This document shows positions 26,835-40,862 of a stretch of 64,000 nucleotides of DNA, piece after piece. The notes under the pieces are model-generated. The model saw nothing but the letters and a program-made list of their open reading frames with translations. It was not told the origin of the DNA and ran no database searches. Source of the DNA: Octopus vulgaris (lineage: Eukaryota). The first letter of the stretch is position 1. Each line of letters begins with the position of its first letter. The position numbers and the translations under genes were made by a program. Location: the NCBI GenBank assembly GCA_951406725.2, contig OX597832.1:50220001-50284000 (forward strand), read 5' to 3'.

Positions 26835-28107
26835 TATGTATGCTTGTGTATATATGGTATGAGGTGGGTTTTTACTTCCATCATTGTGAGTGTTTTGGTG
26901 GTTTTCTATGCTTCTCTAATAAAAATATGTTTCTAATGTATACATCTAGGAGTTGTACGTGGAGTTGTGACACTTGGCCTTTCTCTTTGTGTCCTTGTTG
27001 GTATGTTTGGAATATGAACATATAGATGCAAGAGTAGCTGTGTGGTAAGAAGCTTGCTTCCCAACCACATGGTTCCAGGTTCAGTCCCACTGCATGGCAC
27101 CTTGGGCAAGTGTCTTCTACTATAGCCTCAAGTTGACCAAAGCTTCATGAGTGGACTTGGTACACAGAAACCGAAAGAAACCCACCGTGTGTGTGTGTGT
27201 GTGTGTGTATGTGTTTGTCCCCTATCAGCACTTCACAACTGGTGTTGATGTGTTTACATCCCTGTAACTTAGTGGTTCAGCAAAAGAGGCCAATAGAAAA
27301 AGTACCAGGCTTTTAAAAAAAAACAAAAGGAGTCGGGGTCGATTCATTCGACTAAAAATTCTTCAAGGCGGTACCTCAGCATGGCCACAGTCTAATGAAG
27401 GAAACAAGTAAAAGAATGAAAGATGTACCTGTGTGTGTGTCTTTGTACTTGTCCATCACTGCTTGATATCATGTGTTGCTTGTGTTTGTTAGCTTTCGAC
27501 AAAAGGAGACCAGCCAACTAAGTACTGATCTGTCACACTTCCCTACAATGTTATATTGAAAATATACAATTGCATCATCAAAATCTCAAAGCTATGACAT
27601 GATTAATTTCAAAACAACGTGAATAAATAAGCATTAAATTTGACAGAAAACTCAGTGGTTTGAGGGCGTTACCTTTACATTTGACAGAGTAATCTGAATG
27701 CTAAAAGGGTTAAACTTTTCAAAGCAGTAGTGACCCACTCCGACCACTGTCCTATGACTGAAAGAACTAAAAAAATATCAGAATAAAAGGATATGTTTTA
27801 TTGCTTTGGTGGCGGTGCTGGTGGGGGGGGGGGGTAAAAAGTACAAATCCAAGGCAGTAGATTGGTGGAAATGTCAGAACATCAGATCAAACGCCTTGTG
27901 TTTCCATTCTGGTTAAATGTGTTCTGAGTTCAAATCCTTGCCATGGCATGCTTTTGGTTGGTGGATGTAATCCATCACCTGGTGCATCGGGTACTTTTAG
28001 CAGAATCCACTCTGTTACAAGTATTGCCTCTCTCTGATCTGAGGATTCTTTTCCTCCTTCCCTCTCTGCCACCCACTCTGAAAAACCCTGTAAAAGGCCC
28101 TCCCACC

Positions 28108-28138
<31 letters not shown>

Positions 28139-28502
28139 CCACCATCACCATCATCACCATCATCATCATCATCACCACCACCACCACCACCACCATCATC
28201 ATCACCATCATCATCACTATCATTATTGACCCTTGAACATGACTGTTGCTTGTCCTAGGACTTCTAGGGCCAGTTACCCAGATTCTGTGGTGCCTAAGTT
28301 ACCAAAGTCAACCCTATTCCTCTAAATAGGAAATCAGTCCTCAGCGGAGTTGCTCATTTACAGCTGAGTGGACTGGAGCAACGGAAAATGAAGTGTTTTG
28401 CTCAAGAACACAATGCAGTACCTGGTCTGAGAATTGAAACCACAATCTGGCATTTTCATGTGTTTCTGTAACATGTGGTGAATATTTATTTGGTAAACAT
28501 GT

Positions 28503-29100
28503 ATGTGTCATGCCAGGAAGCTAAACCACTTTCATACAATACACTTCAGAAAACTTCTTGGCATAAAGTGGCAGGACAGAATCCCGGACACCGAGGTACT
28601 AATGCGTGCTAACCTGCCTAGCATCCATACCATCTTGATGCAGTCTCAGCTTCGCTGGGCAGGGCACATAGCTCGCATGTCAGACGATCGATTACCAAAA
28701 TGATTGCTCTTTGGCGAGCTGCAAAAGGGAAAGCGCCCACAAGGTGGCCAGAAGAAGTGCTTTAAGGACACACAGAAAGCCTCACTGAAAGCCTTCAACA
28801 TCGACCATGACACTTGGGAGCAGTCTGCTCTAGACAGAGAAGGGTGGCAATCAGCTGTCCACAAGGGTGCCAACACATGCGAGACCAATAGGATCGCTGC
28901 TGCAAAAGACTGCAGACAAGCCAGGAAGAACAGAGCTAACAACCCTGTAGCAGGCGCTACCATTCCCTGTCCACACTGTCGAAGACTCTTTCGGGCACAG
29001 ATTGGCCTCACTAGCCATCTGCGGACTCACAAAACAACCCCCACCCCCACCCCAGGATGACTAGATGGTCTTCGTCGCATCGACGGACAAACTACAAAAC
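28503..29100 (+). mobile_element. 3' fragment of an RTE-clade LINE with C-terminal C2H2 zinc finger
   Basis: ORFs 28503-28703 and 28704-29060 share one frame split by a single TGA. Motifs are IKWQDRIPDTEVL, QLRWAGHIARM, LFGEL..GKRPQGGQKK and CPHC..F....GL.SHLRTH. Confidence 0.9.
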
Positions 29101-29221
29101 ATGGACATGCGTTAATTTCAAATTCCAGCACCACTCTAAGGACAGGGTCAGCAATTTTAGTGGAGGGAATAAGTCAGTTACACCCCACCCAGTGATCGAC
29201 TGGTACTTCTTTCATTTGGCA

Positions 29222-29471
29222 GCGAGCTGGCAGAAACGTTAGCACACCGGGTGAAATGCGTAGCCATATTTCGTCTGTCATTACGTTCTGAGTTCAAATT
29301 CCGCCATGGTCGACTTTGCCTTTCATCCTTTCGGTGTCGGTAAATTAAGTACCAGTTACGCACTGGGGTCGATGTAATCGACTTAATACCTAATGTCTGT
29401 CCTTGTTTGTCCCCTTGGTTGTCCTTGTTTGTCCCCTCGGTGTTTAGCCCCTTGTGGGTAATAAAGAAATA
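29222..29471 (+). mobile_element. SINE family A copy nested antisense inside an older copy of the same family (29160-29605, -)
   Basis: TSD-like ggtacttctttcatt / ggcacttatttcatt flanks the insert, and the host SINE resumes after it. Confidence 0.7.
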
Positions 29472-30124
29472 GGCACTTATTTCATTGACCCCAGAAGGAT
29501 GAGCGGCAAAGTCGACCTCAGCGGAATTTGAACTCAGAACATGCTGACAGATGAAATGCTAAGCGTTCTGCCCAGCATGCTAACAATTCTGCCAACTTGC
29601 CACCTTACATGTATGCATGTATCAACAACAGGTATAGTTCTTTATGTTGGTGTTGCTGATGTTGTTTAGCCCCGGGTCAACTCTGATAGACACAGACCTA
29701 TAATCAAAAGCCTTCCAACTGTGACCTTTCCACTTTTTTTTCTTTTTCTTTCTTTTTCCAAGCACACTATATTATCTAGGACTATATTATCCTATCCAAT
29801 ATGCCCTTCCTTTATTTTTCTAAGCCGATAATGTGAGATTTGAAGGAGTTTATCTTTCTTTGATGGGCTTATCTATATATCTTTGCATGTCTGTGTGTGT
29901 ACTTTGTGCGGTGGGTTTGTACTCGTCCAGTGTATGTATGTTCATGTATGTGTGTGTATGTTCATGTATGTATGTGTGTGTATGTTCGTGGGTGTGTGTG
30001 TTGAGTTTTGAGATATTGATCATGTGTTTATGAGTGTATATGTGTTGTTGGTTGTATGTGTTGTTAGACGTGTGTGTATGTGTGTGTGTGTGTGTGTATT
30101 ATTTGACGAAATCTATTTGTTGTT

Positions 30125-30839
30125 TAATGTGTGTGTGTGTGTGTTTGTGAATTCTTCTGTGTGCATGTATGTGTGTGTGTGTGTGTGAATTCTGTGTGGA
30201 TGTATGTGTGTGTGTGTGTGTGAATTCTTCTGTGTGCGTGTATGTGTGTGTGTGTGTGTGAATTATTCTGTGTGCATGTATGTGTGTGTGTGTGAATTCT
30301 TCTGTGTGCGTATGTGTGTGTGTGAATTCTTCTGTGTGTGTGTATGTGTGTGTGTGTGTGTGCAGATTGCTAGAGTTGTGTGTTGTACATTTTCAATGTG
30401 TGTGTATGTGCATGTGTGTGTACTGTAAGATTTATGTGTTATCTAGATGTGTACACACGTGCACGAGTGTATATATGATGATGATGATGATGATTTATAT
30501 ATGTATGTGTGTAGCTGTGTGTGTAATATATATGATATATGAGTTATTAGAGAGATGTGCCTTTGTGCCTGTATATATGTCTATATATTACTGGATGTGT
30601 GTGTATCGTGGAGATGTGTGTATACATTTGTGTGTGTGTGTGTGTAATATATGATATACGAGTTATTAGAGAAATGTGTGTTTGTGCCTGTATATATGTG
30701 TATATCACTGGATGTGTGTGTATATACATTTGTGTGTGTGTGTGTGTATGTTACTAAGCGATAGTGAAGAGAAATATGAAGAATGACAATGGATTTATGT
30801 CTCCAGAAAGTATGTTCTAGATTATTACAGCCACCCCCC

Positions 30840-30877
<38 letters not shown>

Positions 30878-31350
30878 GCGCGCATCATGCACGCCCTGCT
30901 CCCTTCCTCTCCCTCCCTCCTGTCTTTACAATGGCTCTAATCTTCCTTTTATCTTTTGATTTAGTATTTTTGTTTGTTTACTTATTTATCTTTGCATTTA
31001 TTTATTTTATAATTTTTTATTTTGTATATTTTTTTTTGTTTTCGTTGTTGTTTGGATTATCTTCAATTGTATTCTGCTCAGCAGCTGTGTGTGTGTGTGT
31101 GTGATGCATAGTGTGTTTGTGTGTGTGTGTGATGTATAGTGTATTTGTATGTGTGTGTGTGTGTGAGATATAGTGTGTATTTGTGTGTGTGTGTGTGATG
31201 TATAGTGTTTGTGTGTGTGTGTGTGATGCATAGTGTGTGTGTGTGTGTGTGATGTATAGTGTATTTGTTTGTGTGTGTGTTGCATAGTGTATTTGTGTGT
31301 GTATGTATGTGTGTGTGTGTGTGATGCATGGTGTGTTTGTGTGTGTGTGT
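30125..31350. repeat. (TG)n-derived minisatellites (gtgaattcttctgtgtg units at 30125-30350; gtgatgcatagtgt units at 31085-31350)
   Basis: Directly visible. Confidence 0.85.
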
Positions 31351-32623
31351 GTGTGTGTTTGTAGGTGTGTGTGTGTTATTTATATGCAATGAGTGGGACA
31401 AGATGGGGAAAACAAAGATGGGATGCTGGGAAGTTTCTGTGATGTATGTGTGTGTGTAAGTATATGTATGGGTGTGTGTGTATCAGTGTGTGTGTATGTA
31501 TAAGTGTATTTGGGTATGTAAGAGTGTGATGTGTGTGTGTGCTGTGGGGTGGTGATGGAGGAGGAGTGCACATGATGTGTGTCTGTATAAGAGTGTGGTG
31601 TGATGTACGCGTGTGTTGTGGGATGGTGGTAGAGAAAGTGTGCATGATGTGTTTATGTGTGCACGTGTCTGTGTGTAAAAGTGCATTATGTATGTATGTG
31701 TGTGTGTGTGTGCGCGCGTTTGAAAAATTGTGTGATGTGTGTGTGTGTGCATGTTTGCGCATATGTGCATGTGTATGCACATGTATGTGCATTGGGTAGG
31801 ACAGAAGAGAAAGATGCAATGATGGGAGTGGTGGTGTGGAGGGTGATGGCAACAACAACAACAACAATAGCAAAGACAGCTATACCTTCACCACCACCAC
31901 CAACAACAACAATATCCACCACCCCACCACAAACTGACAATGACAGCAATGATATGAGTCAACTAGGGAGCCCTGTACACGGTCCCTTAACTTGCTAGAA
32001 ATAGCAGCCAAATCTCCCTCAAATAGTACCTCACTATCTTTATATAAAAGCAAAGGACTTTACTTACTGTGGTCTTAGATACCATTAAAAAAAGACACCA
32101 GTGTCAAAATAACGTATAATCCTGACAACAAAAAAGTTTAAACACAAGTGTGGTTGTGTGGTAAGAAGTCTGCTTCCCAACCACATGGTCCCAAGTTCAA
32201 TCCCCGGTATGTGGAACCTTGGGAAAATGTCTTCTACTACAGACTTGAGCTGACCAAAGCCTTGTGGGTGGATTTGGTAGATGGAAACTGAAAGACACCT
32301 GTCGTGTGCAAAACACTTCATTTCATGTTGCTCCAGTCCAGTCAGCTGGCAAAAATGAGTAACGCTGCGATGATTCAACTAAAGGCAGTGCTCCAGCATG
32401 GCTGCAGTCAAATGACTGAAACAACTAAAAGAATAAAAGAATATTAAGTTTGTTTAAATTGACACAGGCATGGCTGTGTGGTAAGAAGCTTGCTTCCCAA
32501 CCACGTGGTTCCGGGTTCATTCCCACTGCATGGTATCTTGGGCAAGTGTTTTCTACTCTAGCCTTGGGCTGACCAAATCCTTGTGAGCGGATTTGGTAGA
32601 TGGAAACTGAAAGAAGCTTGTCG

Positions 32624-32654
<31 letters not shown>

Positions 32655-33917
32655 TTGTGTTTGTCCCCTCACCATCACTTGACAACCGATATTGGTGTGT
32701 TTACATTCCCGTAACTTAGTGGTTCGGCAAAAGAGACCAATAGAATAAGTACCAGGCTTGCAAAGAATAAGTCCTGGGGTCGATTTCTTTGACTAAAGGT
32801 GGTGCTCCAACATGGTCGCAGTCACATGACTGAAACAAGTAAAAAGCAAAACAAGAATCAAATATTTCTTGGGAAATGACACAAAAGCCCAATGGAATTA
32901 TTGTTTTTATATCAGAAACTGTTTTTTGTTACTCTTTTACTCTTTTACTTGTTTCAGTCATTTGACTGCGGCCATGCTGGAGCACCGCCTTTAATTGAGC
33001 AACTCGATCCCGGGACTTATTCTTTTGTAAGCCCAGTACTTATTCTATCGGCCTCTTTTGCCGAACCGCTAAGTGACGGGGACGTAAATACACCAGCATC
33101 AGTTGTCAAGCAATGTTAGGAGGACAAACACACATGCACATATATATATATACATAAATACGACGAGCTTCTTTCAGTTTTCATCTACCAAATCCACTCA
33201 CAAGGCTTTGGTCGGCCCGAGGCTATAGTAGAAGACACTTACCCAAGGTACCACGCAGTGGGACTGAACCCGGAACCATGTGGTAGGTAAACAAGCTACT
33301 TACCACACAGCCACTCCTTTAATTTTATTTTGGAAATTTTCATGGCACAGGTGTGACCGTGTGGTAAGAAGTTTACTTCTGAACCACATGGTTTTGGGTT
33401 CAGTTTCATTGTGTGATGCCTTGGGCAAGTGTCTTCTGCTATAGACTTGGGCCAACCAAAGCTTTGTGAGTGGACTTGGTAGACCAAAACTGAAAGCAGC
33501 CCATTGTGTGTGTGTGTGTGTGTCTTTTTGTCTCTTTGTCCCCCACCACCATTTTACAACTGGTATTAGTTTGTTTACATCCCTATAGCTTAGCAGTTCA
33601 GCAAAAGTTACCGATAGAATAAGTACCAGGATTTTTTAAAAAAGCACTGGGGTTTCAATTCATTTGACTTAAAACTTTTCAAGGTGGTGCTCTAGCATGG
33701 CCTCAGTCTAATCACTGAAGCGAGTAAAAGAAAAGATGAAGGGGTCAGTAAGTTAGCAATGATTTCATGAAAAGGGGTCAATGACATAAGAGGTTTGCCA
33801 AGCCCTTGCTCTAAATAGCTGTTTTTGCCTTGCTAGAAACAGCAGCTAGATTTCATTCCAATTTCACCATAACATCTTAGAAAAAAAAAGGGCAGATTCC
33901 ATGAAGGTGGGGTCAAT

Positions 33918-34236
33918 TATTACTACAACCACTGCTACTACTACCACCACCACCACCACCACCACCACCACACTTTCCACAACTACTACTACTGCAGCCA
34001 CCACTGCAACTGCTGCACATCAACATTATCAGCATCAACACCACCATTACTGCCTTTGCAACCACTTCCACTACCACCACCACCACCACCACCACAACCA
34101 TCACCACCACAACCACCACCACCACAACCACCACCACAACCAGCACCACAACCACCACCACTACCACCATCACCACCAAAACCACCACCGCCATCATCAT
34201 CACCACCACCACCACCACAAGCACCACCACCACCAC
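33918..34236. repeat. (ACC)n low-complexity tract; a similar tract lies at 38968-39272
   Basis: Directly visible; source of the poly-P/H/G/V ORFs. Confidence 0.9.
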
Positions 34237-34580
34237 TCTTGCTGCTGCTGGTATTTTTACTACAATACATACATTATAACAGGAAAGGCACAGCTGGAAT
34301 GCCTTTGATCACAGGTCTCCTTAATCTCTGCTGACCTGGGGCTAAACAACAACAACAACAACCACAATGCTGGCAATAACAACAACAACAACACAATGGT
34401 TCTCATGAACAACAATAATAACTAATGCAGGCAGCATCATCAACAAAAACAACAACAATGCAATAGGAGAAGGTCTCTACCTGGTCACTTGACCTTTGAG
34501 AAATAGCAGCTAAATTACCTCAAATTAAACCCTACCATCTCGAAAATAGAAGGACGCAGTGGATAATGAATTTTACAAAT

Positions 34581-34615
<35 letters not shown>

Positions 34616-35413
34616 AGGGGGATTCTCTTTTATCTTTTACTCTTTTACTTGTGTCAGTCATTTGACTGCGGCCATCCTGGAGCACCGCCTTTAGTCGAGC
34701 AAATCGCCCCTCCCCAGGACTTATTCTTTGTAAGCCTAGTACTTATTTTATCGGTCTCGTTTGCCGAACTGCTAAGTTACGGGGGCGGTGCTCCAGCATG
34801 GCCACAGTCAAATGGCTGAAACAAGTAAAAGAGTAATAATACAACAACAATAACTTCAAAAAAAAAAAAAACTGCCTGCATCATCATCATCATCATCATC
34901 AACATCATCATCACAACAGCAACATTGATTACAGTCACAACTATAGATTAAGAAAGAAAAAAAAAATGAAGTAAAACTATTAAGGAAGAGAAAAGAGAAA
35001 TAAAAAAAAAGTAAAATAAAACTGAAGTTTAAAAAAAAATAGGGAAATTTAAAAAAAAACACTGCTAAAATGAAAGCACAAAGGGAGAAACTTGAAAAAT
35101 AAACCCTATAATTTTCTTTATTGTTGATCCCTAAAAAGCTGAAGGGTCTTACGACATTGATAGACACAAAATCATGAGCGTCTTTGATGTGATTTAAGGA
35201 ATTAAAGGAATTGTATTTGTGTGTGTATGCATGTGTATATATGTGTGTGTGTATTTGATACAGGTGTATGCATATGTCTATGTGTGTGTGTATTTGTGCA
35301 TATATTTATACATGTGTATATCTGTGTCAGTATACATTTATGTGTGTGTGTGTATATACGTCGTGTATATATATGTGAATGTATATATATATATGTGTGT
35401 GTGTGTATATGTA

Positions 35414-35447
<34 letters not shown>

Positions 35448-35827
35448 CACACAAACATACACACACACTTTCTCTCTTTATTTTTTCTGGAAGAAACAAT
35501 GGAAACAGGAATGTAACATAAATGGGTTTTTTTTTTTTTTTCTAATTAATTTCTTAACGAAATAGCTTTTATGACATACTCTTGACATTCTTGTTGTCAT
35601 TTAGCCCTAGGTCAAGTATCTTGCTGTAGTGAACCTTTGATCAAAAGCATTCAGCCATGACAATTCCTTCTTGAGGAAATTTAAAGGACATGTTCCTCCT
35701 TAAAATTTTTCAATACCAACCCACCCAAGACCATCCCTGCTCCTATGATATAAACCTGCTGTTTTAAAATCATCTAAGTTAAAACTAACCATCAAAATTT
35801 CATGTTATGTTCCAAAAATCGGCTATA

Positions 35828-36246
35828 GGCGCAGGAGTGGCTGTGTGGTAAGTAGCTTGCTAACCAACCACATGGTTCCGGGTTCAGTCCCACTGCGTGG
35901 CAACTTGGGCAAGTGTCTTCTGCTATAGCCCCGGGCCGACCAATGCCTTGTGAGTGGATTTGGTAGACGGAAACTGAAAGAAACCTGTCGTATATATGTA
36001 TATATATATATGTGTGTGTATGTGTGTCTGTGTTTGTGTGTCTGTGTTTGTCCCTCTAGCATTGCTTGACAACCGATGCTGGTGTGTTTACGTCCCCGTC
36101 ACTTAGTGGTTCGGCAAAAGAGACCGATAGAATAAGTACTGGGCTTACAAAGAATAAGTCCTGGGGTCCATTTGCTTGACTAAAGGCGGTGCTCCAGCAT
36201 GGCCGCAGTCGAATGACTGAAACAAGTAAAAGAGTAAAAGAGTAAT
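35828..36246 (+). mobile_element. tRNA-derived CORE-like SINE family B with internal (TA)n(TG)n and (gagtaaaa)n tail; many other full or partial copies (e.g. 8848-9380+, 21381-21890-, 27030-27420+, 32465-32850+, 32930-33320-, 33345-33735+, 36960-37490-)
   Basis: Head ggcgcaggagtggctgtgtggtaag..gggttcagtccc, cttgggcaagt CORE-like motif and 3' end gctccagcatggccgcagtc..gactgaaacaagtaaaagag. Confidence 0.85.
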
Positions 36247-36316
36247 AACTTAATAATACTCTTTTACTTCAATAATAAATCTCTGAACGAAGTATAAACA
36301 GTAACTGTGCGACAAT

Positions 36317-36754
36317 GTGAGGTATATTTGCCATCTCAATATGGCTAACCACTAAGGGTGGGTGTTACTGTAGCTTGTAGCCCCAGGAGAACATCGTCTC
36401 CAGCTGGCTTTAGGCACATTTTCTGTGCCTTTATGGTATTTGCAAAGGGAGGTCATCCTTCCCTTGTCAACCTAAGTGATACGCACGGACTGCAGTTTCT
36501 AGGTATTGACCTGTCATCAGCGTATGACAATTGTCGGTGATTGTCGTACGCTGAGGACAGGTCAATACCTAGAAACTGCAGTCCGTGTGTATCACTTAGG
36601 TTGACGAGGGAAGGATGACCTCCCTTTGCAAATACCATAAGGGCACAGAAAGTGTGCCTAAAGCCAGCTGGAGACGATGTTCTCCTGGGGCTACAAGCTA
36701 CAGTAACACCCACCCTTAGTGGTTAGCCATACTGAGATGGCAAATATACCTCAC
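36317..36754. mobile_element. Near-perfect 438-bp palindrome (215-bp arms, 8-nt loop) with a type I hammerhead motif in each arm; probable inverted PLE pLTR
   Basis: 36317-36531 is the reverse complement of 36540-36754 with few mismatches. + strand 36547-36587 reads tacg-CTGAGGA-cagg..ccta-GAAA-ctgcag-TC-cgtg. The mirror copy on - strand (36484-36524) has CTGATGA. Confidence 0.8.
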
Positions 36755-37808
36755 TCTTTTACTTGTTTCAATCATTTGACTGCGGCCATACTCAATGCCC
36801 TTCCTAATGCCAATCACTTTACAGACTGTACTGGGTGCTTTTAACAAGGCACCACCACAGGTGCTTTTATGGATGCTTTTACATTGCACCGGAACGGACA
36901 CTTTTACATGGCACCAGCACGCATACACACACACATACACACACACACATACACACTTAATATTCCTTTGTTTCAGCCATTTCACTTTAGTCGAACAAAT
37001 TGACCCCAGGACTTATATTTTGTAAGCCTAGTAATTATTCTATCATTTTATTTTGCTGAACTGCTAAGTTACTGAGATGTAAACACACCAACATCGGTTG
37101 TCAAGCAATGGTGGGGGGATAAACATAGACACACAAACATATATATATATTATGGGCTTCTTTCAGTTTCCATCCACCTAATCCACTCACAAGGCTTTGT
37201 TCAGCCTGAGGCTATAGCAGAAGACACTTGCCCAAGGTGCCATGCAGTAGAACTGAACCCAGAACCATGTGGTTGGTAAGCAAGCTTCTTACCACACAGC
37301 CACGCCCACACCTATATATACACACACACACATATATGGCAAGCTTCTTCCATCTACCAAATCCACTCACAAGGCTTTGGTCAGACCAAGGCTATAGTAA
37401 AAGCACCTGCCAAAGGTGCCACACAGTGGGATTGAACCCGGTACCATATGGTTGGGAAGCAAGCTTCTTACCACACAGCCACGCCTGTGCTTATCTGTGA
37501 AAACACAAATATTCCAATGATGATGATGATCATAGTGATGAGCACTCAATTTTAAATGCATTGATGATGTTTATTTATACACCCACTCAGAATATAAAAA
37601 TCGTGTGTTTAGTTTTAGGAATGTGTATGCTCAAAGGGCTGTACACATTGATAGATGCACAAGAACATGCCTCGCGCATTTCTGAATAGCAATAAGCAAG
37701 CATGTTTCCATTGAAGTTTGTTTCTCTAAATGCTTACATTTTTGCATATGCAAATAGGATGTACACAACCATTTCAGTATATATATATATATATATATAT
37801 ATACATAC

Positions 37809-37861
<53 letters not shown>

Positions 37862-38007
37862 CATATATATATATATATATACATATACACATATATATAT
37901 ACACACACACACATATAACACACATGTATATATACACATATATATACATATATATATACACATATATATACATATACATATATATATATACACATATATA
38001 CACACAT

Positions 38008-38060
<53 letters not shown>

Positions 38061-38490
38061 TATATATATATATTTACATACATACATATATATATAGCAC
38101 ATATGTGAAAAGAAAGGATTTATAACTATTTGTGCATCTTTGTATGTGTTTGCATTCATGTAAAATACATGTCCCCACACATTCCTATGCATGAATCGCA
38201 TGTGCGTATGTGTGTATGTATGTATATGTGTATGTGTGTTTGTGCGTGTACATATCTGTACGGACACCTACTCCCTCCCTCTCTCTCTCTGTCACATACA
38301 CGCACACACATGCACACACACACACGATCATCCACATGCACGCACAAACACACACTTTATGCCTGCAGTCAGTCAGTCAATACTTGATTCAGCTGTTTGA
38401 ATTTTGCTGCGCTAGATTTGGTGTTATAATTTGTGTGTGTCGGTATAGAGATGTTTGCTGGCAAGGAGTGTGCGCTTGTGTGTGTATGTG

Positions 38491-38617
<127 letters not shown>

Positions 38618-38714
38618 GTGTGTGTATGTATATATGTGTGTGTGTGTATGTATATGTGTGTGTGTGTATGTATATATGTGTGTGTGTGTGTATGTATATA
38701 TATGTGTGTATGTG

Positions 38715-38745
<31 letters not shown>

Positions 38746-39379
38746 ATATATATGTGTGTGTGTGTAATATATATATATATCTGTGTGTGTGTGTTTCAGT
38801 CATAGTTATATACACACACGTATACATATTTACCTATGGATGCGTATGCGCATACACACATTGCATATTTGCATTTTCTAAAGGATTTACTGTCCTGATA
38901 GGTCTATTTCCTCACTCTTTACCTTTATAAACATAGCCAACCACACACATGCAAACAAGAAGTACGTCCACCACCACCACCACCACCACCTCGACCACCA
39001 CGACCCCACGACCACCACGACCCCACCACCACCACGACCCCACCACCACCACGACTCCACCACCACCACAACCCCACCACCACCACCACGACTCCACCAC
39101 CACCACCACAACCCCACCACCATCACGACCCCACCACCACCATGACCCACCACCACCATGACCCCACCACCACCACCACCACAACCCCTCCACCACCACC
39201 CACACGACCCCACCACCACCAGCACGACTCCAGCACGACACCACCACCATCACCACCACTACCACCACCACCACACACACACTCACTGCTACACGCACAC
39301 TCACTGCTACACGCACTTATGGTTACAAACAATGCAAAGTAAGCATATACTCAAACACACATATGTATACACACTCACA

Positions 39380-39415
<36 letters not shown>

Positions 39416-39723
39416 TTCTACTTCAAATATTTGCATTTTTCTACTAGACTTGATCTTACATTCACCAATAATGCAGAAGTTATTTGCCTCCAGCTAAATG
39501 TATTTATTTCACTTGTTTACAAACTTTTCAGGGTCACGCTTATATGTGATGTATGAACGTGCATCTACATATGTTCACACAAATGCACGATGATGCACAC
39601 TCGGCGTGATATATCTGTAGATATTCTTATGTACAAATATAAACAGGTTTTGTTTTATCTATTTCATATATATATTCAAGTATGTATTGTATGATAGCAT
39701 GGAAGACGGACCTTAAACGATGA

Positions 39724-39774
<51 letters not shown>

Positions 39775-39950
39775 CTTTATTTAAAGCAGCAGAAAATTCA
39801 ACAAAGCCTGTTACTCTGAGTTTCACGTTGCCGTTCATTGGACAGTTTTTGCTAGCAAATTTTCTGCTTTAAATAAAGCATATTACTCTACCACTGGTAT
39901 TTGAGTACTCTTTTTTCCACCTTGTTTCACATTTATGTGTTTACTCCGGT
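39775..39950 (-). mobile_element. Short (TA)n-flanked element with a degenerate hammerhead fold
   Basis: - strand 39845-39808 reads ctgt-CCAATGA-acg-gcaa-cgt-GAAA-ctc-a-gag-TA-acag. It is enclosed by the inverted repeat ctttatttaaagcag / ctgctttaaataaag. Confidence 0.5.
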
Positions 39951-39959
39951 ATATATATA

Positions 39960-40176
39960 TTCAAAATGTGACCGCGTGTGTACCGTTGGTGATTTTTTTT
40001 TCCTCCGTCTTCCCTTCTTTGCATCCTTCCTTTTCCTATGTTTCTGACGAAGAGCTCCGCTCGAAACGTTAAACCCTCCTGCTTTCCTTCTTTCCTGAGC
40101 GTCCAATAACATTATACTTGTTCCACGTCCTCGCGTTGTTGTGTTTTTTCTTTGTGTTTTCATGGTGGGATTAACT
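39960..40176 (+). mobile_element. Short (TA)n-flanked element with a minimal type I hammerhead ribozyme motif
   Basis: 40040-40074 reads gttt-CTGACGA-a-gagc-tcc-gctc-GAAA-cgtt-aaac, giving stems I and II, an intact core and a minimal palindromic stem III. (TA)n lies on both sides. Confidence 0.72.
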
Positions 40177-40590
40177 ATATATATATATATAATAATAGAT
40201 ACATACATGTATTTATCTATGTATATGTGAATACAGATGTGTATGTATGTATGTGTGTGTGTGTGTGTGTGTTTTTGATGACTGCAAACTCCAGTATTGT
40301 CATCACCTGATCAAAAATCACACTCATACAAAGGCTACAACCAGCCATTTTTGTGATGGATCTTCTTTTTCAAGTGATGCCTGTGCATGATGGTTTTTTT
40401 ATAATGGGGAAAAGATTTGGACAAATTCAATTCCACTCTCTGAACATGGGCAACATAAACTCAAAAAGAAGAACTTGTCTACATCATTGAATTTTGTCAG
40501 TGTTGCAGGTTTTCTCTCATAGTTTCCCAGTCCTAGAGAGATGTGACAACAACAGAGGGGCCTCCCACTCCCAGTGTATGTGTGTGTGTT

Positions 40591-40644
<54 letters not shown>

Positions 40645-40647
<3 letters not shown>

Positions 40648-40862
40648 TAAAAAAAATGAAGAAAAAACACAAGAAAAAGCAACAACGTGAGGATGTGGTA
40701 CATACAAAGTATTAAAAGACTCTCGGGGAAGGAAAGAAAGGTTGTTTTACATTTTGAGCAAACCTCTTCTTCAGAAACAGGGGACAGAGGAAAGTCCAGG
40801 ACAAAAGGAAGACAGAGGGAAAAACATCACCAACGATCCACAAGTAGTTACATTTTGAAAAA
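40645..40862 (-). mobile_element. Degenerate copy of the 39960-40176 hammerhead element in the opposite orientation
   Basis: Reverse complement of 40744-40778 is gttt-CTGAAGA-agag-gtttg-ctc-aaaa-tgta-aaac. Flanking sequence is also homologous, and the copy has (TA)n flanks. Confidence 0.6.

Noticed and set aside
36358-36713. Two near-identical ORFs (MGVTVACSPRR..) on opposite strands
   Set aside because: They are a by-product of the palindrome, with non-ATG starts and no recognisable domain.
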